64,000 nucleotides of DNA from Bacilli bacterium (lineage in GTDB: Bacteria > Bacillota_I > Bacilli_A > ML615J-28 > CAG-698), in the NCBI GenBank assembly GCA_050953065.1, contig JBMNLZ010000002.1:96001-160000 (forward strand). The letters are read 5' to 3'. Of this stretch, positions 52,362 to 62,615 are shown piece after piece. A program made the position numbers and the translations under genes. Numbering within the stretch: the stretch's first letter is position 1; the number at the start of each line of letters is the position of its first letter. The notes beneath the pieces are model-generated. The model was not told the origin of the DNA. It saw nothing but the letters and a program-made list of their open reading frames with translations, and did not search any database.

Positions 52362-53078
52362 TTGTTATATAATGGTGATTGTATAGAAGTAATGAAATCT
52401 ATTGAAAGTAAGAGTGTCGATATGATCTTTGCAGATCCGCCCTACTTTCTTTCTAATGATGGTAAAAGTATTTCAAGTGGTAAGATAGTATCTGTTAATA
52501 AGGGTGAATGGGATAAAAGAAAGAATTATGAAAGTGTTGAAGTGTTCACTAAAGAATGGTTAAGTGAATGTTTTAGAATATTAAAAGATAAGTGTAGTAT
52601 TTGGGTATCAGGAACACATCACAATATTTTTAATGTTAAAAGAATAATGGATGAAATAGGATTTAAAATAATAAATATAGTGATATGGAAAAAGATAGAT
52701 CCGCCGCCTTTAATATATAAAAACAAATTAAGATTTTCGTATGAGTTTATTATTTGGGCTGATAAGGGTAAGGGGCATATTTTTAATTATAATGATATGT
52801 ATAAAATTGCTAATGAGGAGTTAGAAGATGTTTGGATTTTACCGTCTGTTCATATGAACGAAAAGAAATATGGCTATCATCCTACTCAAAAACCAGAATG
52901 TCTATTAGAAAGAATTATAAAAGCATCTACGAATAAAGGTCAGTTAGTATTAGATCCTTTTATGGGAAGTGGAACAACTTGTGTGGTTGCTAAAAGATTA
53001 GGTAGAAAATTTATAGGAATAGAAAAAGAAAAAATGTTTTATTTAAATTCATGCAAAAGGATTGAAAATCAACTATAA
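52362..53078 (+). CDS. Second DpnA-like beta-class DNA methyltransferase
   Basis: FADPPYFLS, VNKGEWD, HPTQKP, DPFMGSGTT; TTG start after GAGGTG. Confidence 0.88.
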   Translation: MLYNGDCIEVMKSIESKSVDMIFADPPYFLSNDGKSISSGKIVSVNKGEWDKRKNYESVEVFTKEWLSECFRILKDKCSIWVSGTHHNIFNVKRIMDEIGFKIINIVIWKKIDPPPLIYKNKLRFSYEFIIWADKGKGHIFNYNDMYKIANEELEDVWILPSVHMNEKKYGYHPTQKPECLLERIIKASTNKGQLVLDPFMGSGTTCVVAKRLGRKFIGIEKEKMFYLNSCKRIENQL

Positions 53079-53191
53079 TGGAAAAACAATATAAACCCAC
53101 TTTTATTTTTATTTAAAGTAGGTTTATTTTTTTTAATTAATGCTTAAACTATTAAGTTAAATATGGTAAAATTATGAGAGTGGAGGTAGAT

Positions 53192-55573
53192 ATGAAAAAA
53201 ACTTTATTGATGATATTAGTATTATTAAGTGTAGTACTAGTTGGATGTAAAAAGGTGGAAGCAATTTTTACTATAACTTATAATTTAAATGAAGGAATAT
53301 TACCTAGTGGGGCTAAAGAATCTTTTACAGAAAAAGAACTTCCTTTACAGTTAGATATACCAACTAAAGAAGGTTATATTTTTTGGGGATGGTATGAAAA
53401 AGTTGATTTTAGTGGTGATGCGATTACTGCTTTAACTGAGGCTAAAAACTATATATTATTTGCTTTATGGGAGGAAGAAGAAGTAATTCCTGCAACATAT
53501 ACTATAACTTATAATTTAAATGGTGGTAAGAATGTAAAAGCAAATAAGGATAGTTTTAAAGAAAGTGATTTACCACTTGAATTAAGAGGTGCTACTAAAC
53601 AATATTTTACATTTTTAGGATGGTATAAGACTCCTGATTTTAGCGGTGAAGTAGTTACATCTATTACTAAAGAAGGTAATGTTACACTTTATGCTAAGTG
53701 GGATAAAGGTCAAAATATAATTGATTATGATTTAGATGGTGGCGATTGGCCTTATACATATCCTTTTGAAGATAGAAGTGATATGGTAGGTGAGTTTATT
53801 ACTGATATTAATGCAGCGCTTGGTTTATCAACTTCAGCTTCATCTTTCTTTTCAACAGGAACATATGGAAAAGATGTTGCAAGTTTTTTTACAATGGAAG
53901 CTTATAAAGATAAGTGGGGTTGGTTTAAAACTTATATTATAAATGTTGCAACAAGTCAAGGATATGCTAGTATGTCAGGTCTTAATTCAGGAGATAGTGC
54001 AATTTGGAGAAGTAATATTGATTCGTTTTTAAATAGCACTCAAAGAAGCGAATATCCAGTTAGTGCTAATTTTACAACTGAGGCTGCAGCAAATGGTTTT
54101 TGGGATTTAATTAAAATAGGTCCTATTATTACTACAACTTATGTTGAAATTACTGAAGATATTACTTTAATTAATCCAGTTAGAAATGGCTATAATTTTT
54201 CTTGTTGGGTTGATGAAGATAACAATCCTATTACAGTAATTAAAAAAGGGACAGAAGGTTACTATAAAGTAAGGGCTGTTTGGGATGCAAGAATTTTCCC
54301 AACTGAAATTGTTATTAATAATCCTCTAACTGCATCTTTAGATAAAGGCGATACTTGGGATTTAGATATTAGCCTATTACCATTTAATGTTGAAGAAACA
54401 GACCTTAATATGGTAAGTAGTAATGAACATATTGTTAGTATTGAGGATGGTATTTTAGAAGCATATGCATATGGGGCAGTTACTATTACAATAGCATCTG
54501 TTTATAATAGTAGTGCTACTACTACATTTAATGTTACAGTTGCTCCAGCCTTAACTGAAGGAGTTCCTGTAATCTTTAATTCATATGGAACATATCTAAA
54601 TGCTGTTATTAAAAAAGGTGAAGCATTTGATTTGTCTGAAGGAATTTATGCATATGAATTAAATGCAGGCGATGTAACTAAAGATATTACAATTAAACTT
54701 AATGGCTATTCTAATCAAGTAGTTGGAAACTATAAAGTCGAATATGAAGTTTTAGTTGGTGGTGCTAAAGCAACACTTGAAAGAAATATAATCGTTAATG
54801 AATTTATTTGGGTCGGACATCGTGGCTGTAATGATGAATGTGTAAGTAATACAATTGAGGCTTTTGAAAAAGGCATTGCAAGAGGCTATAAAGCTTTAGA
54901 ATGTGATATTAAAGTAACTAAAGATAATCAGTTTGTAATCTTCCATAATGGTTATTTAAATGATGCAACAGGAGAAAAAGTATTAACTGAACCATATCAA
55001 GCAACAACACCAGAATCTAAAACACTAGCAGAACTACAAGCTATGACAGTTAGTCAAACAAGAACTACTCCATCAGGAACATATACTGGTCAAATTGCAA
55101 GTTTAGGAGAGTTTTTAGATTTATGTAAAACAAATGATATCATTGCTGTTATTGAAATCAAATGGACAACAGGGTTAAATACTAGTGATACTAGTAATGT
55201 TGAAACATTAGTTGAGTTTGTTAAGAGTAAGGGATGGTATGAAAAAACTGTCTTTATGACTTCAATGAGAGCTGTATTAGATGCTATTAGAATAAAATAC
55301 AGTGATGCTACACTCCAATGGTTATGTGGTGCTCAGGCAACCTATGATTCATATAAAGATTGGGCTATTACAAATAGAATTTCTCTTGATATTGCATATG
55401 GACTTTTAACTGAAGATATAGTTACTGAATTCCATAGTAATGGTTTATTAGTAAATTCATATACTCTAAACACTACAAATATTGCTACTACTCAAATTAA
55501 TTATGGAGTTGATATGATCACGACTGATTATTTATATCATAATGGTGGTGTAGTTGCTAAAAAATTCTCTTAA
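53192..55573 (+). CDS. Lipoprotein with InlB-B-type repeats, Ig-like domains and a C-terminal glycerophosphodiester phosphodiesterase domain
   Basis: Lipobox LVGC; ITYNLN..GWY..LYAKW repeats; GHRG, NTIEAF, ECDI, HN, ITTD; ATG at 53192 after GGAGG. Confidence 0.87.
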   Translation: MKKTLLMILVLLSVVLVGCKKVEAIFTITYNLNEGILPSGAKESFTEKELPLQLDIPTKEGYIFWGWYEKVDFSGDAITALTEAKNYILFALWEEEEVIPATYTITYNLNGGKNVKANKDSFKESDLPLELRGATKQYFTFLGWYKTPDFSGEVVTSITKEGNVTLYAKWDKGQNIIDYDLDGGDWPYTYPFEDRSDMVGEFITDINAALGLSTSASSFFSTGTYGKDVASFFTMEAYKDKWGWFKTYIINVATSQGYASMSGLNSGDSAIWRSNIDSFLNSTQRSEYPVSANFTTEAAANGFWDLIKIGPIITTTYVEITEDITLINPVRNGYNFSCWVDEDNNPITVIKKGTEGYYKVRAVWDARIFPTEIVINNPLTASLDKGDTWDLDISLLPFNVEETDLNMVSSNEHIVSIEDGILEAYAYGAVTITIASVYNSSATTTFNVTVAPALTEGVPVIFNSYGTYLNAVIKKGEAFDLSEGIYAYELNAGDVTKDITIKLNGYSNQVVGNYKVEYEVLVGGAKATLERNIIVNEFIWVGHRGCNDECVSNTIEAFEKGIARGYKALECDIKVTKDNQFVIFHNGYLNDATGEKVLTEPYQATTPESKTLAELQAMTVSQTRTTPSGTYTGQIASLGEFLDLCKTNDIIAVIEIKWTTGLNTSDTSNVETLVEFVKSKGWYEKTVFMTSMRAVLDAIRIKYSDATLQWLCGAQATYDSYKDWAITNRISLDIAYGLLTEDIVTEFHSNGLLVNSYTLNTTNIATTQINYGVDMITTDYLYHNGGVVAKKFS

Positions 55574-55599
55574 AAAAAGTTTTTAAAAAGGAAAAAAGA

Positions 55600-56403
55600 A
55601 TGAGAAAATTAGGAATTTGTTTATCAGGTGGTGGCGGAAGAGGTGCCTATCAAATAGGTGCCTTAGTAGCCTTAAAAGAATTAGGAATATTAGATAAAGC
55701 GAGTTATTATTCAGGAACATCAATTGGCTCGGTAAATGCTGTAATGGTTGCGACTTCATCTTTAGAAAATGCAAGAGATATTTGGTTAAATATACCAGAA
55801 GACTCTTTAAAAAAGAATGAAAATTTTTTTAAAGAATTAAGAGAAGTAGGGTATAAGTTTCCAAAAAGCGGTCTATATGAAATGGATTTATTAGAAGAGA
55901 TTCTAATAGAAAATGTTGATATCGACAAATTAAATGTAGAGGATATATTTGTAGCGATTGGATATGGTGGAGATAGTGAGAAAGGCTTTAGATTAATAAA
56001 AAACACATATAAACACTATATAAAAAAAGAATCTAGAATTATTTATAAAAGTTTGAAAAACTTAAATCAAAAAGATGCAATTGAAGCTGTTAGAATGTCT
56101 TGTTCAATTCCAATAGTTTTTCCAAGCGTTATAAAAGATGGCAAGAAATATTATGATGGTGGAATCTATGATAATGTTCCAGTAGAACCTTTAGTAAAAG
56201 CAGGGTGTGAAGAAATCATAGTAATACATTTACATAAGATACATTTCTTTAGGCCTAAGAAATATCCTAAAGTTGTATTTCATGAAATAAAACATAAAGG
56301 ACTAATGGGAAGCATTTTAAATTTTACTAAAGAACATTCTCAAAAATTATATCAATATGGCTATGATGATGTAATGAATTATTATAATAAAAAAGAAAAA
56401 TAA
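55600..56403 (+). CDS. Patatin-like phospholipase
   Basis: GGGGRG, GTSIG, DGG. Confidence 0.92.
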   Translation: MRKLGICLSGGGGRGAYQIGALVALKELGILDKASYYSGTSIGSVNAVMVATSSLENARDIWLNIPEDSLKKNENFFKELREVGYKFPKSGLYEMDLLEEILIENVDIDKLNVEDIFVAIGYGGDSEKGFRLIKNTYKHYIKKESRIIYKSLKNLNQKDAIEAVRMSCSIPIVFPSVIKDGKKYYDGGIYDNVPVEPLVKAGCEEIIVIHLHKIHFFRPKKYPKVVFHEIKHKGLMGSILNFTKEHSQKLYQYGYDDVMNYYNKKEK

Positions 56404-56409
56404 AAGGGG

Positions 56410-56706
56410 GTGAGGAAAATGGGGGAAAATAAAGGTAAAAAAAGTTTTGAGGCAAGATTAAGATTTTATCAAGTCGTTTTAATAAATATAAGTATAGTTA
56501 TAGTTTTGTTAATGTATTTTTTTGGTGGATTATTTTTAATCAAATTAGAAACATATGGTGATGTTGATTTTACAACACATTTATTAATAGCTTCTCTTGT
56601 TATAGTCTTGTTTGCAATGGTGTTAACTTTTGGAATTATAATTATAATTAACAAGACTCTTAAATCAAGTGCTGAAAACAAATCTGAAAAAGAAAGTGTT
56701 AATTAA
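56410..56706 (+). CDS. Small hypothetical membrane protein
   Basis: Two TM segments; co-oriented with patatin; start may be the ATG at 56419. Confidence 0.65.
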   Translation: MRKMGENKGKKSFEARLRFYQVVLINISIVIVLLMYFFGGLFLIKLETYGDVDFTTHLLIASLVIVLFAMVLTFGIIIIINKTLKSSAENKSEKESVN

Positions 56707-56718
56707 ATAAAGGGAAAA

Positions 56719-56753
56719 GAAAAAAAGATGAATCAAACGGTTCATCTTTTTTT
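56719..56753. terminator. Bidirectional terminator
   Basis: AAAAAAAGATGAA...TTCATCTTTTTTT. Confidence 0.75.
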
Positions 56754-56770
56754 AAAACATTTAAATATTT

Positions 56771-57649
56771 TTACCATCCACGATTAGATGTTTTTTTCTC
56801 ATCAGCTAACTCAGAAACAGCAATACCACTCATTGCTTCGCCTAAGTCTTCAGAAAGTTCTGCTAATACTTTAGGGTTGTTATAATTAGCAACAGCTTTT
56901 ACAATTGCTTCAGCTCTTTTTTTAGGATTTCCTGATTTGAAAATACCAGAACCAACAAAGACACCATCACAACCAAGTTGCATCATTAATGCAGCATCGG
57001 CTGGAGTTGCGATTCCACCAGCTGCGAAGTTTACAACAGGTAAAGTCTTATGTTCTTTCACCCATAAAGCAAGTTCATATGGAACTCTCATTTCTTTTGC
57101 TTTTTCTTTTAGTTCGCTATCACTTAATTTAGATAAGTTGTCGATATCTTCAAGCATAGTTCTCATATGAGTTACAGCTTCAACCACATCTCCTGTTCCA
57201 GCTTCACCTTTAGTTCTAATCATTGAAGCACCTTCATTAATTCTTCTTAGGGCTTCACCTAAATTTCTAGCCCCACAAACAAATGGAACGCTAAATTTTT
57301 TCTTATCAACATGATAAGTATTATCAGCTGGAGTTAAAACTTCACTTTCATCAACATAGTCAACTTTTAAAGCTTCTAGAATTTGAGCTTCTACGAAGTG
57401 GCCAATTCTAACTTTAGCCATTACAGGGATTGAAACAGCTTTTTGGATTTCTTTAATCATTTTAGGATCAGACATTCTAGCGACTCCGCCTTCACGTCTA
57501 ATATCAGCTGGGACTCTTTCTAAAGCCATTACAGCAACCGCACCTGCAGCTTCAGCTATTTTTGCTTGTTCTGCGTTAGTTACGTCCATAATAACTCCGC
57601 CTTTAAATGTTTCTGCTAACTTTTTATTGAATTCATTTTTTTTAGTCAT
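56771..57649 (-). CDS. pdxS: Pyridoxal 5'-phosphate synthase subunit PdxS
   Basis: [27 protein letters not shown]. Confidence 0.98.
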   Translation of the reverse strand: MTKKNEFNKKLAETFKGGVIMDVTNAEQAKIAEAAGAVAVMALERVPADIRREGGVARMSDPKMIKEIQKAVSIPVMAKVRIGHFVEAQILEALKVDYVDESEVLTPADNTYHVDKKKFSVPFVCGARNLGEALRRINEGASMIRTKGEAGTGDVVEAVTHMRTMLEDIDNLSKLSDSELKEKAKEMRVPYELALWVKEHKTLPVVNFAAGGIATPADAALMMQLGCDGVFVGSGIFKSGNPKKRAEAIVKAVANYNNPKVLAELSEDLGEAMSGIAVSELADEKKTSNRGW

Positions 57650-57825
57650 ATCTATATCTCCTTAAATTGATACTTAGTTTAATGTATATATATTAACATA
57701 AATAAAAAAAATATTCAAGATGATAATTGAATAATTATAAAAATAACCTTAAAGGCTTAATTAAAAAGGTTTATTAAAGTTTAAAGTTATGATACAATTT
57801 AAACAAAGGAAGGGGGGATCTCTTT

Positions 57826-60033
57826 ATGAAGAAATGCTTATTTTTATTTAGTATATGTTTATTTGTTTTAAGTGGATGTTTGTATAAAGTAGAACAACCT
57901 CCTAAAGTAGATATAGTTATTTCTTTTACTAATGAAGGAGATTCATTAGATAAAGTAACTGGAGATTTAATTTTACCAAGTGAATATAAAGAAGAAAGTA
58001 TTACTTGGCAATCAAGTAATGAAAGTATTTTATCTAATGATGGAATTCTTTTAGTAGATAAAACAGAAGAAGATATTCCTATAATGATGACTGCAACTCT
58101 TTCAAGTGGTGAGAAGATAAAATTTTTATTAACAATTAAAGCTAACGTTAATGATGAAGAAGATACTGATGTTTTAGCAGTTGAAGTGAAAGCATTTTTA
58201 AATGTGCTTAATAGTATTACTGAAGTTGATTTAGGATCAAGAAACCAAATTGAACTGGCTAGAACATTATTTGATAGATTAGATAGTACTAAAAAAAGGC
58301 AAGTTTCAGGGAAGGATTATTTAAGATTAGTTACGATTGAAAGCACATATAATAGTCTTTTAGTAAATCAAGCAGCAGTAGAAGTTTGCAATATGATTTC
58401 TAGTATTATAGATGGTTCCCTAACAAATGAACAAGCAATCTTAAATGCTAGATCTAGTTATAATAATTTAAACGATGATTTAAAAAAAGAAGTAAACAAT
58501 CATGATAGATTGCTTGCTTTAGAAGTTGAATTACAATCAAATAAAGATATTGCTTTTGTTGAAGAAAAGATACGTGAAATAGGGCCTGTTGATATGAACA
58601 GCGAAATAAAAATCAACATTGCTTTAGCTTTTTATAATCATTTAAGTGAAACAGAAAAAGCTAAAGTTTCAAACAAAGATGTTTTGTCTAACGCAGTTAG
58701 TGCATATCAAAATTTGATTACGGAATTTAGAGTTGTTTTTTTAGATAGTGATGAGACTGTTTTAAAAATTGAGTCAGTTAAAACAAATCAAAGTGCAACA
58801 CCTCCTGTTGTTGATAAAATAGGCTATACATTTATTGCATGGTCAAGTAATGAATATCAAAACGTTACAAAAGATGTAACAGTTAAAGCAAGTTATTCTC
58901 TTACAACTTATGATATTGTTTATAATTTAAATGGTGGAGTATTAAGTAATTCAGTTAATAGTTATACTGTTTTAGATGAAGTAAATTTAAAAACTCCGAC
59001 TAAAACTAATCATATATTTTTAGGTTGGTATACAGAAAGTAGTTTTACTCATAAAGTAACATCTATTTCAGTTAACTCAATTGGAAATAAAACATTTTAT
59101 GCTAAATGGGTTTCTTTAACAGAAGAGTTTAATATTACATATAATTTAAATGGTGGTTATTGGGGATTTTTAAGTAAGGCTGAACTGACTAGTAGTTTTT
59201 TTAATGATTTAAAAACATATTTAGGAGCAAGTGAAACATATAATACTTTTGTTCATGGAGTAGGTAAAACAAGTGGCTTTGCAGGGCTTTGGTATACAGA
59301 TGCTAGATATAAGGATAAAATATATAAAGTAAATTCTAAACTACCAAATAGTGATCCATACTTTATTAATCATCCAACATATAATGCTAAGTGGCTGGCT
59401 TTCTTTAACTTAATTGATGAAATGGTAAAACAAGTAAATTCTACTCAAAGTTTTTGGGGAGAAGTATATGTTGGAAGACTTAGACTTAAAAACTATTTTG
59501 CTGGAGAGACATTTATTGCATCTCAGTTAGCAAGAATGCCTAATTATAATGGAACAATAGTTAATAAGATTAAGTATAACGATAATTTAACACTAAGAAG
59601 ACCGTGTGGAGTTAATAAGGAATTTTTGGGTTGGAGTTTAACTAATACCTCTTCAACAAATTACCTTACTAATCTAACTAATATTTCAAGTAATGTTACA
59701 CTATATGCAATATGGAGAAATATGCAAGCAGTTGAAGTGTCTTTAGGTATTTTTGAAATAACAGCATATTGTCCTTGTAGTATTTGTTGTGGAGAATATT
59801 CTGATGGTATTACATATTCTGGAACTGTTACTACAGCTGGAAGAACTATTGCAGTTGATCCTAGTGTGATTGCCCTTGGAACTAGTGTTATTATTAATAA
59901 TCATACTTATGTTGCAGAAGATATTGGTAGCGCAATAAAGGGAAAACGAATTGATATTTATTTTAATACTCATCAAGAAGCATTAAATTTTGGCAGAAGA
60001 CAATTAGAAGTTAAAGTAATTCAATATCAATAA
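57826..60033 (+). CDS. Lipoprotein with helical repeats, InlB-B-type repeats and a C-terminal 3D domain
   Basis: Lipobox LSGC; TAYCPC, IAVDP, AEDIGSAIKGKRIDIY. Confidence 0.87.
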   Translation: MKKCLFLFSICLFVLSGCLYKVEQPPKVDIVISFTNEGDSLDKVTGDLILPSEYKEESITWQSSNESILSNDGILLVDKTEEDIPIMMTATLSSGEKIKFLLTIKANVNDEEDTDVLAVEVKAFLNVLNSITEVDLGSRNQIELARTLFDRLDSTKKRQVSGKDYLRLVTIESTYNSLLVNQAAVEVCNMISSIIDGSLTNEQAILNARSSYNNLNDDLKKEVNNHDRLLALEVELQSNKDIAFVEEKIREIGPVDMNSEIKINIALAFYNHLSETEKAKVSNKDVLSNAVSAYQNLITEFRVVFLDSDETVLKIESVKTNQSATPPVVDKIGYTFIAWSSNEYQNVTKDVTVKASYSLTTYDIVYNLNGGVLSNSVNSYTVLDEVNLKTPTKTNHIFLGWYTESSFTHKVTSISVNSIGNKTFYAKWVSLTEEFNITYNLNGGYWGFLSKAELTSSFFNDLKTYLGASETYNTFVHGVGKTSGFAGLWYTDARYKDKIYKVNSKLPNSDPYFINHPTYNAKWLAFFNLIDEMVKQVNSTQSFWGEVYVGRLRLKNYFAGETFIASQLARMPNYNGTIVNKIKYNDNLTLRRPCGVNKEFLGWSLTNTSSTNYLTNLTNISSNVTLYAIWRNMQAVEVSLGIFEITAYCPCSICCGEYSDGITYSGTVTTAGRTIAVDPSVIALGTSVIINNHTYVAEDIGSAIKGKRIDIYFNTHQEALNFGRRQLEVKVIQYQ

Positions 60034-60253
60034 TTTGATTTATAAAGTATTAAAAAAGATAAGGATTTTGTTTTAAAAACAAAGTCCTTTTTTTGTTTAA
60101 TCGTTTTCAAGTTAAATATTTTCATAAAGTTCTTAACAAAGAAAGGCTTATGTGTTATAATACTTAATGGAAAAATCAAAATTTTAGGTAGCATAAAAGA
60201 CTATTTATGATTTTTTTAAAAAAGTAAACCATAAGAAAAGGAGTGAAAAGATT

Positions 60254-60751
60254 ATGGCAGTTAAAGTCGAATTGACTGAAGCTAAAATTAATGAGTTAAA
60301 GTCAAAAATTGCTGCACACAAGAAAAAACCAGGGCCATTAATGCCTACATTGCATGATGCTCAAAAGATTTTTGGTTGTGTACCTTTAGCAGTGCAAAAA
60401 ATTATTTCAGAAGAATTAGGAGAAAGTGTTGCTAAGATTAATGGTGTTGTTACTTTCTATTCAAATTTTTCAATTGAACCAAAAGGGAAATATGTAATTT
60501 CTGTTTGTTTAGGAACAGCATGCTACGTAAGAAGCGCGCAACAAATCCTTGATGTATTTACAAAAGAATTAAATATTGCTCCAGGTGAAACAACTGAAGA
60601 TGGTAAATTTACAATAGAAGCTACAAGATGTATAGGTGCTTGTGGACTAGCTCCTGTTTTTACTATTAATGGTAAAGTTTATGGTTCAGCTACACCTGAT
60701 ATTGCTAGAAAAGCTTTAAAAGAATGTAAAGAATGTGAAGAAAAGGAGTAG
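60254..60751 (+). CDS. NuoE-like 2Fe-2S subunit of [FeFe]-hydrogenase (HydC/HndA-like)
   Basis: VCLGTAC, CIGACGLAP. Confidence 0.92.
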   Translation: MAVKVELTEAKINELKSKIAAHKKKPGPLMPTLHDAQKIFGCVPLAVQKIISEELGESVAKINGVVTFYSNFSIEPKGKYVISVCLGTACYVRSAQQILDVFTKELNIAPGETTEDGKFTIEATRCIGACGLAPVFTINGKVYGSATPDIARKALKECKECEEKE

Positions 60752-60759
60752 TGTGAAAA

Positions 60760-61119
60760 ATGAAACTTGCAGATTTAAAAAAGATTAAAGAAGAAGGTAG
60801 TAAAAAACTTTTCTTAAAAGAAGATAAAAATTATAGAATCGTTGTTGGACTAGCAACTTGCGGGATTTCTGCTGGCGCTAATGTTGTTTATGATGAATTA
60901 AAAAAGATAATTAAAAAACAAAATCTTAACGTTGATTTAGTTTCAGTTGGTTGTATGGGTCAATGTGCATTAGAACCAATTGTAGAAGTATATGATAAAA
61001 AAGGTACAAGAACTACATATGGTAAAGTTAAAGCACAAGATGCTATAAAAATAATTGAAAGTCATATTTTGGCAAACACAGTAGTTGAAGAATTATTGTT
61101 GTCAAAATTATTGAAATAG
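60760..61119 (+). CDS. Thioredoxin-like ferredoxin subunit (HydD/HndB-like)
   Basis: VGLATCGISAGA, GCMGQCALEP. Confidence 0.88.
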   Translation: MKLADLKKIKEEGSKKLFLKEDKNYRIVVGLATCGISAGANVVYDELKKIIKKQNLNVDLVSVGCMGQCALEPIVEVYDKKGTRTTYGKVKAQDAIKIIESHILANTVVEELLLSKLLK

Positions 61120-61131
61120 GAGGATAGTATA

Positions 61132-62598
61132 ATGGTACAAGGAAAACAAGTAAGAATTGCTTTAAGAAATTGTGGTATTATTAATCCTATTTCTTTAGAA
61201 GAATATGTGGCTTGTGATGGATTCTTTGCTTTAGAAAAAGTGTTGCATCATATGACGCCAGAAGAAGTATGTAAAGTAATTAAGGATTCTGGTTTAAGAG
61301 GACGTGGAGGCGGAGGGTTTCCAACTGGACTTAAATGGGAATTTGAAGCTAAAAATTCTGCCAAACAAAAATATATAATTTGTAATGCTGATGAGGGCGA
61401 CCCAGGTGCATTTATGGATAGAGCTGTTTTAGAAGGCGATCCATTCTCAGTAATTGAAGCGTTAATTATTGGTGGGTATGCAACGGGCTCTACTCAAGGT
61501 TATGTTTATATTAGAGCAGAATATCCTTTAGCAGTTGAACGTCTTAATACGGCTATTAAAATTTGTTATAAGAATAACTTGTTAGGTAAAAATATTTTAG
61601 AATCAAACTTTTCATTTAATTTAGAAGCTCGTCTTGGAGCAGGAGCGTTTGTATGTGGTGAGGAGACTGCTTTAATGGCTTCTATTGAAGGTGAAAGAGG
61701 AATGGCTAGAACTAAACCACCATTTCCTGCTGAAAAGGGCTTATGGGGAATGCCAACAAGCATTAATAATGTTGAAACATTTGCAAACATTGCACCAATT
61801 ATTTTAAAAGGTGCTGAATGGTTTAAGCAATATGGGACTGAAAAATCTAAAGGTACTAAAGTATTTGCTTTAGGTGGAAAAATTAATAATACTGGTCTTT
61901 TAGAAATTCCAATGGGAACTACTTTAAGAGAAGTTATATATGACATTGGTGGTGGGATACCTGGTGGGAAAGCTTTTAAAGCTGTTCAAACAGGTGGACC
62001 TAGTGGAGGATGTTTAACTGCAAAACATCTTGACACTGGAATTGATTATGATAACTTAGTTGCACTTGGCTCAATGATGGGGTCTGGTGGAATGATTGTT
62101 ATGGATGAAGATAATTGTATGGTTGATGTTGCAAGATTTTTCTTAGATTTTACAGTTGATGAGTCATGTGGTAAATGTACTCCTTGTAGAGAAGGTACTA
62201 AGAGAATGCTTGAAATTTTAGAAAAGATTATTGCTGGAAAAGGTGAAATGAGTGATTTAGACGAATTAGAAAGCCTAGCTCATTCAATTAAAGACTCAGC
62301 ACTTTGTGGTTTAGGTCAAACTGCTCCAAACCCAGTATTATCAACTCTAAATAATTTTAGAGATGAATATATTGCTCATATCGTTGAGAAGAGATGTCCT
62401 GCTGGAGTATGTAAGGATTTAATTAAATATCATATATTAGCGGATAAATGTATTGGTTGTACAAGATGTGCTAAAGTTTGTCCAACTGGTGCTATTAAAG
62501 GCGAATTAAAACAAGCACATGTAATTGATGTTAATAAATGCATTAAATGTGGAGCATGTAAACAAGCGTGTCCTGTTCATGCGATTGTTACTAAGTAG
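61132..62598 (+). CDS. NuoF-like FMN/NADH-binding subunit (HydB/HndC-like)
   Basis: [38 protein letters not shown]-terminal 2x4Fe-4S. Confidence 0.95.
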   Translation: MVQGKQVRIALRNCGIINPISLEEYVACDGFFALEKVLHHMTPEEVCKVIKDSGLRGRGGGGFPTGLKWEFEAKNSAKQKYIICNADEGDPGAFMDRAVLEGDPFSVIEALIIGGYATGSTQGYVYIRAEYPLAVERLNTAIKICYKNNLLGKNILESNFSFNLEARLGAGAFVCGEETALMASIEGERGMARTKPPFPAEKGLWGMPTSINNVETFANIAPIILKGAEWFKQYGTEKSKGTKVFALGGKINNTGLLEIPMGTTLREVIYDIGGGIPGGKAFKAVQTGGPSGGCLTAKHLDTGIDYDNLVALGSMMGSGGMIVMDEDNCMVDVARFFLDFTVDESCGKCTPCREGTKRMLEILEKIIAGKGEMSDLDELESLAHSIKDSALCGLGQTAPNPVLSTLNNFRDEYIAHIVEKRCPAGVCKDLIKYHILADKCIGCTRCAKVCPTGAIKGELKQAHVIDVNKCIKCGACKQACPVHAIVTK

Positions 62599-62615
62599 AA
62601 GGAGGTATATAAAAC

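Noticed and set aside
49407-53150. Integrated element at tRNA-Phe
   Set aside because: No integrase and no duplicated tRNA 3' end seen
60110-60225. Rex operator upstream of the hydrogenase genes
   Set aside because: Only weak half-site matches in very AT-rich DNA
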